From the NCBI GenBank assembly GCA_050951565.1, contig JBMNJH010000007.1:14515-78514 (forward strand): DNA of 64,000 nucleotides, read 5' to 3'. Made by a program: the position numbers and the translations under genes. The DNA comes from Peptococcia bacterium (GTDB lineage: Bacteria > Bacillota > Peptococcia > DRI-13 > DTU073). The notes under the pieces were generated by a model, which had not been told where the DNA came from, did not search any database, and saw only the letters and a program-made list of their open reading frames with translations. Shown in pieces: positions 44,410 to 55,989 of the stretch; position 1 is the stretch's first letter, and each line of letters starts with the position of its first letter.

Positions 44410-44751
44410 TTAACCTGGCGGCCAAAGCATTTTTCTCCCACCTAACAAATGGAAGTGGAGATGCCCTACTTCTTGTCCTCCCTCTTTACCACAATTATTG
44501 ACCACTCGATAACCATCAGCCAGTTTTAAATCGCGGGCAATATCCCTGATCTTCCCATGCAAATAGCCAATTAAGCCCAGGTGTTCATCCTGAAGGGCAG
44601 CCAGACTCTCGATATGCTCCTTCGGAATCACTAAAATATGTACGGGAGCAGCCGGATTTATGTCATAAAATGCGAGGATGCGGTCATCTTCATATACTTT
44701 TTTGCTTGGAATCTCATTACTGACAATCTTACAAAAAAGGCAATCACTCAT
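44410..44751 (-). CDS. HIT-family (Hint-like) nucleotide hydrolase
   Basis: CLFCKI at the N-terminus and the histidine triad HLHFHLLGG. Confidence 0.9.
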   Translation of the reverse strand: MSDCLFCKIVSNEIPSKKVYEDDRILAFYDINPAAPVHILVIPKEHIESLAALQDEHLGLIGYLHGKIRDIARDLKLADGYRVVNNCGKEGGQEVGHLHFHLLGGRKMLWPPG

Positions 44752-44823
44752 GAATACCTACACCTCCTTCTCCTGCTTCTTCTTTCCCCTTCTTATTCTC
44801 CCACACGCTTTCTTTCTCCTTCT

Positions 44824-46155
44824 CTATTGTATCTGGAAAAGCTCTCCAATACAATATCCCCCGGCAAATTCCCGCAAAAATACGGGGACGATCTTCCCCC
44901 GGAGCAACTCCGGCGACGAAGGAGCGGTAAAACGTACCTTTAAATAATTGGCGCTGCTGCCTTCCCACAGCGTGGCGTCGCTTTGTTCCTCCACCAAAAC
45001 GTCCACCACCCGAAGCAGGAACTTCTCTGCATAGCGTTCTTCCAGTTTTTCGCCTAAACGGAGCATCCTTCTGCTCCGGGCTTCCTTCACCGGAGCAGGA
45101 ATCTGGTCCGGAAAATCCGCTGCCGGTGTGCCCTGCCGTGGCGAATATTTAAAAACATGCAGCCTGCTAAAACCTACCTTCTCCACAAAGCGCCAATACT
45201 CCTGAAAATATTCCTCTTTTTCCCCCGGAAAACCAACCATGACATCGGTGGAAATGGCAATATCCGGCACCGCCTTTTTGATCTCCGTAACAATTTCCAG
45301 GTATTGGGCGGTAGTATAGGGCCTGTTCATGGCCCGGAGAATGGCATCATGGCCACTCTGTAAAGGCAAATGCAAGTGCGGGCAAAAATTCCGGTATTCT
45401 TTCAGCATTCTGATGATGCCCGGCGTAACCTCGGTAGGTTCTAAAGAACTCAAGCGCCACCGCACATTGAAATCAAGACGCAGCAAATCCAGCACCAGTT
45501 TCTCCAGGTTATATTTTTTGCCCAAATCCTGCCCGTAAGCACCTAAATGAATCCCCGTGAGGACAATTTCTTTAAAGCCCTGCCGGATGAGTTTCTCCGC
45601 TTCCTGTAAAGCACTTTCTACCGGTCGGCTGCGCACCGGGCCACGGGCATAGGGGATAATGCAATAGGAACAAAACTGATTGCACCCTTCCTGCACTTTC
45701 AAATACGCCCGGGCCCTTTGGACGTCTTTTTCCGCCGTTATTTCTTCAAAGTCCTTTAAATCCGCGTACTTGCGGACCACAACGCGGGGTTCGTCGGAAA
45801 GCTCTTCCAGCAAATCCACCAAACGGGACTTCTCGTTGGTCCCCACAACCAAGCTCACCCCGGGAATCTTTTGTATCGCGTCGGCATCGGTCTGGGCATA
45901 ACAGCCCGTAACCACCACTTTGGCCCGGGGATTGGTCTTTACCGCCCTCCGGATCATCTGCCGCGACTTGCGGTCCGCAAGATGCGTAACCGTACAGCTA
46001 TTAATCACATAATAATCCGCCTGGTCCGCAAAGTCCACGACCTCGTAGCCCCGCTCCCGAAAGAGGGCGGAAAGGGCCTCCGTTTCGTTTTGATTCACTT
46101 TGCAGCCCAGGGTATAAAAGGCAATCCGCTTGCCCGCGGCTGTTTTTTCGCTCAT
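44824..46155 (-). CDS. mtaB: tRNA t6A37 methylthiotransferase MtaB (YqeV)
   Basis: UPF0004 N domain (IAFYTLGCKVNQNE), radical SAM CNQFCSYC and a TRAM-like C-terminus. ATG 46155 overlaps the rsmE stop by 1 nt. Confidence 0.9.
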   Translation of the reverse strand: MSEKTAAGKRIAFYTLGCKVNQNETEALSALFRERGYEVVDFADQADYYVINSCTVTHLADRKSRQMIRRAVKTNPRAKVVVTGCYAQTDADAIQKIPGVSLVVGTNEKSRLVDLLEELSDEPRVVVRKYADLKDFEEITAEKDVQRARAYLKVQEGCNQFCSYCIIPYARGPVRSRPVESALQEAEKLIRQGFKEIVLTGIHLGAYGQDLGKKYNLEKLVLDLLRLDFNVRWRLSSLEPTEVTPGIIRMLKEYRNFCPHLHLPLQSGHDAILRAMNRPYTTAQYLEIVTEIKKAVPDIAISTDVMVGFPGEKEEYFQEYWRFVEKVGFSRLHVFKYSPRQGTPAADFPDQIPAPVKEARSRRMLRLGEKLEERYAEKFLLRVVDVLVEEQSDATLWEGSSANYLKVRFTAPSSPELLRGKIVPVFLREFAGGYCIGELFQIQ

Positions 46156-46988
46156 TATCCCAAATCCCCCCACGCAAACATGACCAGCGCGATCGACACC
46201 AGGCTGGCGGTCTCGGTACGCAAAATCCGGGGACCAAGCGTGACGGGGATGGCCCCGTATTCCTTCATCCTGTCCACCTCTTCTGCGGCCAAACCGCCTT
46301 CGGGCCCGATGACCAAATAAACCGGCGCGGCAAAAACTTCTCGGCCGGTTGCCTTTTGTTCATTTTGTACGGTTGCTTTTTGCCCTATGGAATCTTGTCC
46401 CGTTAAATCCTGTCCTATTGCTTCTTGTCTCGTTGTATTCTGCCCCATTAAGACTTCCTTAAAGGAGACGCCGCCTTCTTCCCACGGCACAAAAAAGTGC
46501 CGCTTTTGCGGCAAGCGCTCCAAAAACTCCCCAATACTACAGGGAGTCACTACCTCCGGCACGAAGGCACGGCCGCATTGTTTCGCCGCCTCAACGGCGA
46601 TTTTTTGCCACCTTTGGCGGCGCTCTTCTTTCCCCTTAAGCTTCACCACACACCGGGCCGTCTTTAAGGGGATAATGCCCCGTACCCCTAGCTCGGTGGC
46701 TTTTTGAATAATCAGCTCCATCTTTTCCCCTTTGGGAATGCCTTGCACCAGCCACAGCTCTAAAGGGCTTTCCTTCGAGGGCGCAGGCTTCTCCTGCACC
46801 TCCACCAGGGCTTCGTTTTTCCGCAGCGCGGTGATGCGGCCTGCATACTCGTGTCCCACGCCGTCAAAAACCGCCACCACATCACCAATGGTCAAACGCA
46901 GCACCCTGGAAAGATGCGCAAATTCCTGTCCCTGAATCAGCACTTTTCCATTATTAATAGCTTCTTTCGGTACAAAAAATCTATGCAT
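46155..46988 (-). CDS. rsmE: 16S rRNA (uracil1498-N3)-methyltransferase RsmE, with a repetitive ~35-aa insertion
   Basis: MHRFFVPKEAI... and GPEGGLAAEEV are the RsmE motifs. Start moved to ATG 46988. The insertion reads NTTRQEAIGQDLTGQDSIGQKATVQNEQKATGRE. Confidence 0.85.
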   Translation of the reverse strand: MHRFFVPKEAINNGKVLIQGQEFAHLSRVLRLTIGDVVAVFDGVGHEYAGRITALRKNEALVEVQEKPAPSKESPLELWLVQGIPKGEKMELIIQKATELGVRGIIPLKTARCVVKLKGKEERRQRWQKIAVEAAKQCGRAFVPEVVTPCSIGEFLERLPQKRHFFVPWEEGGVSFKEVLMGQNTTRQEAIGQDLTGQDSIGQKATVQNEQKATGREVFAAPVYLVIGPEGGLAAEEVDRMKEYGAIPVTLGPRILRTETASLVSIALVMFAWGDLG

Positions 46989-47002
46989 TTTCCCCTGCTC
47001 CA

Positions 47003-47941
47003 CTATTTAAATTTCCAGACCTGGCCCACCCATTCCTCCTGGCATTGTTCCTCCAGCAGGGTAAGTCCGTTGGCCTCCGCAATAGCCGCCACTTCTGCTT
47101 TTCTTTCCTTTATAATCCCTGCGGTAAGGAAAACCCCGCCTTCTTTCAAGTGTACCCACGCCTGGGGGATTAAACGGAGAATCACATCGGCCACAATGTT
47201 CGCAATAATCAAATCCGCCTTTCCTTCTACTCCGGCCAACAGGTCGCTTTGCCGGACCGTGATGATTTTTTCCAGGCCGTTCTGGACAATGTTCTCCCGC
47301 GCCACCTCCACCGCGACCTGATCGTAATCTAAGGCCAAAACGGAGTGCGCCCCTAAAGTGGCCGCCATCATCGCCAGAATCCCGGTCCCGGTGCCCACAT
47401 CATACACCACGTCCCCCATCCGCAGGTATTTCTCCAGGAGCGCGGCAGACATGGCCGTAGTAATATGGATCCCGGTCCCAAAGGCCATCCCCGGGTCCAA
47501 CTCAATAACCTGTTCCCCTTCCCTGGCCTGATAGCTTTCCCAGGACGGTTTAATCACAATGCGGCTGCCCAGTTTTAAAGGCTTAAAAAAGGCTTTCCAG
47601 GAGTTGGCCCAGTCTTCCTCGTCCAAAATTGCAAGCTTCACCCCGCCCGGCGCTTTTTTCCCCAGGCGGGCCAGGATTGCTTCAAGGCCGTTTTTCAATT
47701 CTTCAAGTTTTCCGGGCAGTTCTTCATTGACAGGCAAATAGCCTTTGACTACCGGGAAATTCTGCTCGAGGATTTCTTCCGGTAATTCAAAGGCGTCCCA
47801 CTGTCCTTCCTCGATCTTGGTCTTGATTAAGGCCGGATCTTCAATCACAACACCGCCGGAACCTAACTCGTAAAAACACTCGGCCACCGCTTCCACCGTC
47901 TCAGGTAAGGCAACTACCGCTATCTCTTGCCATTTCATCAT
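47003..47941 (-). CDS. prmA: Ribosomal protein L11 methyltransferase
   Basis: PrmA N domain plus the SAM motif VYDVGTGTGILAM. Confidence 0.9.
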   Translation of the reverse strand: MMKWQEIAVVALPETVEAVAECFYELGSGGVVIEDPALIKTKIEEGQWDAFELPEEILEQNFPVVKGYLPVNEELPGKLEELKNGLEAILARLGKKAPGGVKLAILDEEDWANSWKAFFKPLKLGSRIVIKPSWESYQAREGEQVIELDPGMAFGTGIHITTAMSAALLEKYLRMGDVVYDVGTGTGILAMMAATLGAHSVLALDYDQVAVEVARENIVQNGLEKIITVRQSDLLAGVEGKADLIIANIVADVILRLIPQAWVHLKEGGVFLTAGIIKERKAEVAAIAEANGLTLLEEQCQEEWVGQVWKFK

Positions 47942-47956
47942 TTTTCTCCCCCAATG

Positions 47957-49132
<1,176 letters not shown>

Positions 49133-49145
49133 TCACTCTCCACAC

Positions 49146-49189
49146 AAAAAGAGTAACCGGCTTCCGGATATTCTCTTTTCCAGAAGCCG
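49146..49189 (-). terminator. Intra-operon hairpin / partial terminator between dnaK and dnaJ
   Basis: CGGCTTCTGGA / TCCGGAAGCCG 11-bp stem (one G-U pair). On the minus strand it is followed by GTTACTCTTTTTG. Confidence 0.35.
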
Positions 49190-49233
49190 TATCCTCTTCA
49201 TTGCGCCTTTAATTCTGTCACAGGGAAAGCTTC

Positions 49234-51126
<1,893 letters not shown>

Positions 51127-51165
51127 TTATCAAGAATTTCATCAAAGAACTTTTAAGCAAAACCT

Positions 51166-51876
51166 TTAACCTTTTTGGACCACTTTCACCATGGAAGCGC
51201 GTAATACTTTATCCTTAAATAGATATCCTTTCCGGAATTCCTCCACGATTTGATTTTCCACCATTCCTTCTTCGGCCGGGGCCTGCATGACCGCCTCGTG
51301 ATAGACCGGATTAAACTCCTTCCCTAGGGCTTCGATGGGCTGCAACCCTTCTTTTTGCAGGATTTCCTGCAACTGCTTGATAATCATCGTGATCCCGGTA
51401 AAAGTTTTCTTAGTTTCTTCACTTTGCTGTTCTAAAGAAGCCATGGCCAAATCAAAGTTATCCAGAACCGGCAACAGCTTCTCAACTAAGCCCATACAAG
51501 AGTATTGGATCCATTCTTCTTTCTCTTTGTTGACCCGTTTCCGGTAATTATCAAATTCCGCGTGGATCCTCAGCAAGCGGTCCTGAGTCTCGGCCAATTC
51601 CGCTTGCAGCGCCTCGATCATCTTTGCGGGGTCTTCCTGCGTTTCTCCGCCTGAGGCCGGGCTTTCTTCGCCCTGTTCCCCCTCACCTGTGGTTGCGGCG
51701 CTTTCGTTTTCTTCCGGCCCTTTTTCTTCATTTATATAATCACGGGAACTTTCCTCCGTTCCCTTCTCTTCGAAAGTCTCGGCGGATGCCTTATTTAAAT
51801 CTTCATGAAAAGTGCCCCTTAATGTATCACTTGAATTTTCACTTAATTTCTTTGCTTTTAGTTTTTCTTCATGCAA
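51166..51876 (-). CDS. grpE: Nucleotide exchange factor GrpE (long acidic N-terminal extension)
   Basis: The C-terminal GrpE core is LLRIHAEFDNYRKR...GKEFNPVYHEAV...GYLFKDKVLRASMVKV. Confidence 0.95.
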   Translation of the reverse strand: MHEEKLKAKKLSENSSDTLRGTFHEDLNKASAETFEEKGTEESSRDYINEEKGPEENESAATTGEGEQGEESPASGGETQEDPAKMIEALQAELAETQDRLLRIHAEFDNYRKRVNKEKEEWIQYSCMGLVEKLLPVLDNFDLAMASLEQQSEETKKTFTGITMIIKQLQEILQKEGLQPIEALGKEFNPVYHEAVMQAPAEEGMVENQIVEEFRKGYLFKDKVLRASMVKVVQKG

Positions 51877-51921
51877 TTTTTCTTCCTCCCTGGTTTTCCT
51901 CCCGCATGTTTTCTTCTTCCG

Positions 51922-53487
51922 CTATTCGTCCTTGGGCGGATGCGCAACAGAGCTTTGCTCCTTTTTCTTGATAATGGTCTCAATGCGCAGCACGGCCTCC
52001 GCGACCTCTCCGGCCGCTTTCAGCGCATATTTTTTTACCAGCACCGGATCATAAATGCCCATTTCCTGCATATCGGCAATTTCTCCGGTATCACAGTTGA
52101 TGCCCAAAGCATCATTCTTCTTTTCCACCTGGGCCGCCACGACCAAACCTAATTTCTCCAGCGGATTAAACCCGGCATTGAGCACAATTTGGGCAAAAGG
52201 CTCCTTTAACGCTTCGATGACACAATCGATCCCGTAAACAGCCATCCCTTTGGCCTGCTGCCGTAAAGCGCTGATTTCACGGGAAATCGCCAGTTCCGCG
52301 GCACCTCCGCCGGCGATAATCCCTCCCTTGACCGCCGCCTGCACGGCCGCAGCCGCATCCTTGGCGATCCGCTCCCGTTCGCCCACCACTTCTTTGGTGG
52401 AAGCTCCTACGATTACCGTAGCCTGGGCTTTACCTTTCCCGCCCATAATGCAAACGTGTTTGAGTTTTTCGTCTAACCGGACCTCTGCCGCTTCTCCCAA
52501 AAGCTGCGCCAGCTCGGCTTCCGTCTTTTTTAAACCGGTGCGTTTCACCATCTTGGCGCCGGTAAACTCCGCCGCCTGCTGCAACTCTTTATGGGGAACC
52601 CGCTGCAGAACCATAATTCCCGCATCGGTGCAAATTTCTTCGGCTTTATCATGAATGCCCCGATCCACCAAAACAAGCCCCACACCCAGCCGAGCGACTT
52701 TCGCCAGATTATCGGCAAACTCCTCCTGCAGCTTCATATACCGGGAAAAACCGGTTTCCGTTCCTAAAGCCTCATCTTCCAATTCTTCCGGTTCTAAAGC
52801 ATCATCGATTACTAAAACCTTTACAGAGCGCAGTTTTTTCGGCATCTCAACATTAACCGGCTCTTTCTCAATGATGACCCCGGACACCACCTGGTTATCT
52901 GCTCCTTCTACCGCCCGGATGTTCTCCGCCAACTTAAAGCCGGGATCCAACAGTTTTTCCTTGCCCAGGACCTGAGCCGCCTGTGTTACTAATTCGGCAA
53001 TGTCCTCATTTTCGCGGGCCGCCACCCGGGCCACGTCCCTGAGCACCGGTTCATCCAACTCGTCAATGGCCTGCGCCCGGCTTTCAAAGACTTGTAAGGC
53101 CTTGCCAATCCCCAGCCTCATTCCTTCTATGACTTTAATCACCGGGACGCCCTTCATGACCTGGTTAACCCCTTCGTTCACCAACGCGCCCGCTAAGATC
53201 GTCGCTGTGGTGGTACCGTCCCCGATTTCGACCTGCTGCGCCTTGGCGATATTGATTAACAGGCGGGCAGCAGGATGATTGATATCCATTAATTCCAGGA
53301 TGGTCACCCCATCATTGGTGATCACCACATCCCCGAACTGATCCATCAGCATGGTATCCAGCCCCTTCGGGCCAATAGTTCCTTCCACCGCTTGCGCAAT
53401 GACCCTGATGGCATTGGCATTAGTCATTAAAGCCGATACATTCTCTTCCTCCCCGGTGCTACGGCTGTTTTGCTGTTTAGCGTTCAT
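51922..53487 (-). CDS. Thermosome/CCT-like (group II-like, so-called group III) chaperonin
   Basis: 521 aa. GPKGLDTML, ITNDGVTIL, GDGTTTATILAG and GGIIAGGGAAELA match the Cpn60_TCP1 group II pattern rather than GroEL (LGPKGRNVV / VAGGGVAL). There is no GGM tail and no groES-like gene adjacent. Confidence 0.85.
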   Translation of the reverse strand: MNAKQQNSRSTGEEENVSALMTNANAIRVIAQAVEGTIGPKGLDTMLMDQFGDVVITNDGVTILELMDINHPAARLLINIAKAQQVEIGDGTTTATILAGALVNEGVNQVMKGVPVIKVIEGMRLGIGKALQVFESRAQAIDELDEPVLRDVARVAARENEDIAELVTQAAQVLGKEKLLDPGFKLAENIRAVEGADNQVVSGVIIEKEPVNVEMPKKLRSVKVLVIDDALEPEELEDEALGTETGFSRYMKLQEEFADNLAKVARLGVGLVLVDRGIHDKAEEICTDAGIMVLQRVPHKELQQAAEFTGAKMVKRTGLKKTEAELAQLLGEAAEVRLDEKLKHVCIMGGKGKAQATVIVGASTKEVVGERERIAKDAAAAVQAAVKGGIIAGGGAAELAISREISALRQQAKGMAVYGIDCVIEALKEPFAQIVLNAGFNPLEKLGLVVAAQVEKKNDALGINCDTGEIADMQEMGIYDPVLVKKYALKAAGEVAEAVLRIETIIKKKEQSSVAHPPKDE

Positions 53488-53533
53488 TTCCGGTACCCTC
53501 CATCACATTATCCCAGATCCCATCACAAACCAA

Positions 53534-54562
53534 TTATTTGACTTTCTTTAAAGCATCAGCCAGGACGGTTGTGAAGAACTCCACCATGCTGACCGATTTG
53601 GAGTACTCCATGCGGGTAGGCCCCAGCACCCCTAAAGTACCAATGGGGTTCCCGTCCACCTCATAAGCGGCAGTAATCAAACTGCAGTTTTTCATTCCTT
53701 CATAAGGATTTTCAGAGCCGATTCGTACGGTGAGCCCAACGCTGGGTCCGGTGCTCAACACTTCCTTCAGCACTCTTTCCTCTTCCAGGAGCTCAAAAAG
53801 CTCCTTCACCTTTTCCACGTTCCTAAACTCCGGCTGATTAAGAATATTCAGGGTTCCTCCCAGGTACACCTTACTCTCATGTTCAACCGACATCACATTC
53901 TCGAGTAATTCAATCACCTGATTCAGAAAGCGCTTTTGATAATCCAGTTCGTTATAGATTTCCTGGAAAATGCCGGCTTTCCATTGTTCCAAAGATAAAC
54001 CACGCAAATGCCGGTTTAAGATATACGACAAAGTCTGCAAATCTTTTTCCTCGAACTGCGTGGGAAAATCCAAAGTGCGATGCTCCACATGGCCGTTATC
54101 CAACACAATAACCAGCACGATTCGATTGTTTTCCAGGGACAATAACTGCACATGCCGCAAAATGTTTTTTCCGTAATTGGGAGCCATAATAATCGCCGTG
54201 TAGTTGGTGAGTTGGGACAAAAGTTTGCTGGTTAACTGGATTAAAGCTTCCGTTTCCCTGACCCGGTCCACTAAAACATCCTGCACATACCTTTTCATGG
54301 AATCGGCCAAGGGTTTTAACTCCATCAAACAATCCACATAATAGCGATAGCCCTGCTCGGAAGGAATTCTCCCCGCCGAAGTATGGGGCTGTTCAATAAA
54401 CCCCAGTTCCTCCAAATCCGCCATTTCATTACGGATCGTGGCAGAACTAACTCCCAACTTGTATTTTCGCGCAATCGTCCGGGAGCCTACCGGATCTCCG
54501 GTAGCAATGTAATCAAGGATGAGAGCCTCCAAAATCCTTTGTTTTCTTTCATCCACTTGCAT
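53534..54562 (-). CDS. hrcA: Heat-inducible transcription repressor HrcA
   Basis: MQVDERKQRILEALILDYIATGDPVGSRTIARKY is the winged-helix N-terminus typical of HrcA. 342 aa. Confidence 0.95.
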   Translation of the reverse strand: MQVDERKQRILEALILDYIATGDPVGSRTIARKYKLGVSSATIRNEMADLEELGFIEQPHTSAGRIPSEQGYRYYVDCLMELKPLADSMKRYVQDVLVDRVRETEALIQLTSKLLSQLTNYTAIIMAPNYGKNILRHVQLLSLENNRIVLVIVLDNGHVEHRTLDFPTQFEEKDLQTLSYILNRHLRGLSLEQWKAGIFQEIYNELDYQKRFLNQVIELLENVMSVEHESKVYLGGTLNILNQPEFRNVEKVKELFELLEEERVLKEVLSTGPSVGLTVRIGSENPYEGMKNCSLITAAYEVDGNPIGTLGVLGPTRMEYSKSVSMVEFFTTVLADALKKVK

Positions 54563-54579
54563 GCTTTTTTAGCTCCTTG

Positions 54580-54606
54580 TTAGCACTCTCCTCTCTTGAG
54601 TGCTAA
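54580..54606. promoter_or_regulatory. CIRCE operator (HrcA binding site)
   Basis: A perfect TTAGCACTC-N9-GAGTGCTAA, 18 nt upstream of the hrcA ATG. Confidence 0.95.
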
Positions 54607-54620
54607 ATACTTTATTTTTA

Positions 54621-54649
54621 AAAATACCATTATGTGTTTTTTTTGTCAA
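54621..54649 (-). promoter_or_regulatory. Candidate sigma-A promoter of the hrcA operon
   Basis: TTGACA (54649-54644), a 17-nt spacer, then TATTTT (54626-54621). CIRCE lies immediately downstream. Confidence 0.5.
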
Positions 54650-54710
54650 CATCCCTTTCCGGATATAAAACCGAGTTATTGTTATTTATTATTGCTATTC
54701 CCTCATTAAC

Positions 54711-55985
54711 CTACAAAAATTCCTGCATAACTAAATTCGCCACAAATAAGCCCTTATCGCTTAAAGCAAGGTGGGTTCCCTTATCCTCTAAAAGCCCTTG
54801 TTGCAGAAGCTTTTCGATGGCTGGCCCGTATTTTTCTTCAATGCTCATCCCGTATCTCCGCCGGAATCCTTCCTTATTAACCCCTGCGCGGAGCCGCAAA
54901 CCCAAAAACATGGTTTCCGCCATGCTCAAAGCCTGGTCAATGTTTTCCTCCTCCGCCAGCGGCAGCTTCCCTTGGACAAGCTGCGCTATATAATCTTCGA
55001 CGGAGGAAGTGTTTTTGTACCGTACCCCCTCAAGGAAACCGGCCGCTCCCGCCCCTAAGCCTAAGTATTCTTCGTTTCGCCAATAGATTTGGTTATGGCC
55101 AGCCTCCTTCCCCGGCAAAGCAAAATTGCTGATTTCATAATGCCGGTAGCCCTGTGCCTGTAAATACTCGATGGCCTCCCGGTACATAACATATGCAGCA
55201 TCCTGGTCAAACTCCCTTAAAAGTCCCTTTTCCACTAAAGAAGCAAAGGGTGTGCCTTCCTCAATCTTTAACTGGTAGACGGAAAGATGCTCCGGATGAA
55301 GCTCCACCGCTTGCCGTAGGCTTTCCCGAAAGCTGGACAAGCTCTGCCCCGGCAAACCATACATCAGGTCCAGGCTAATATTGGCAATGCCCATTTGGCG
55401 CGCTAAAGTAAAGCTTTCCACCACCTCCTGGGCTGTATGGATCCGTCCCAACGCACGCAGTTCCTGCTCCGAAAAGCTTTGTACCCCCAAAGAAAGCCGG
55501 CTGCACCCGGCCTCCTTTAAACACGCCAGCTTTTCCCGCTCGATGGTCCCCGGATTGGCTTCCACCGTTATTTCCGCATCCTCGGGCAGTTGAAAAAGCT
55601 CCCGGAGACGGCTGATTAACAAAAAAAGCTGCTTTCCGGTTAAACTGGTGGGGGTTCCCCCGCCCAGGTACAGGGTTTGACCGGAAAGCCCTTGCTCTGC
55701 CCCATGGCCACCGTCATTATTACCGCCATTACCAGCAGCAATACCACCGCCATTAGCAACGGCATTAGCATTAGCATTAGCATCGGCATTAGCAACAGCC
55801 TTACCACTGGCACGTGTGCCACGATAACGCTGCCGGTAAAGCTCGCCTTCACGAAAAAGAGCGGCCAGATAGGCTTCCTTGTCCTCGCTGCTATATCCGG
55901 CGTAAGAGACAAAATCACAGTAATGGCACTTGGCCTGGCAAAAAGGCACATGGACATAAATGCCGACCTTTTTCTTCGGTTTCAT
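54711..55985 (-). CDS. hemW: Radical SAM heme chaperone HemW (HemN-like, YqeR), with an Ala/Asn/Gly-rich insertion
   Basis: VGIYVHVPFCQAKCHYCDF radical SAM motif, GGGTPT and the HemN_C domain. Start moved to ATG 55985, after GAGGA (the track start at 56000 overlaps lepA). Confidence 0.85.
   Translation of the reverse strand: MKPKKKVGIYVHVPFCQAKCHYCDFVSYAGYSSEDKEAYLAALFREGELYRQRYRGTRASGKAVANADANANANAVANGGGIAAGNGGNNDGGHGAEQGLSGQTLYLGGGTPTSLTGKQLFLLISRLRELFQLPEDAEITVEANPGTIEREKLACLKEAGCSRLSLGVQSFSEQELRALGRIHTAQEVVESFTLARQMGIANISLDLMYGLPGQSLSSFRESLRQAVELHPEHLSVYQLKIEEGTPFASLVEKGLLREFDQDAAYVMYREAIEYLQAQGYRHYEISNFALPGKEAGHNQIYWRNEEYLGLGAGAAGFLEGVRYKNTSSVEDYIAQLVQGKLPLAEEENIDQALSMAETMFLGLRLRAGVNKEGFRRRYGMSIEEKYGPAIEKLLQQGLLEDKGTHLALSDKGLFVANLVMQEFL
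55750..55797. repeat. In-frame hexanucleotide microsatellite inside hemW
   Basis: (GCATTA)x3 is perfect at 55762-55779. It is flanked by the variants GCATCG, GCATTA and GCAACA and an earlier CATTAGCAACG. On the coding strand it encodes ANADANANANAVAN. Confidence 0.8.
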
Positions 55986-55989
55986 CTTC

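Noticed and set aside
53488-53533. A second CIRCE or a separate promoter in front of the thermosome-like gene.
   Set aside because: The 46-nt spacer has no TTAGCACTC/GAGTGCTAA half-sites and no -35/-10 pair. The gene is most simply read as part of the hrcA transcript.
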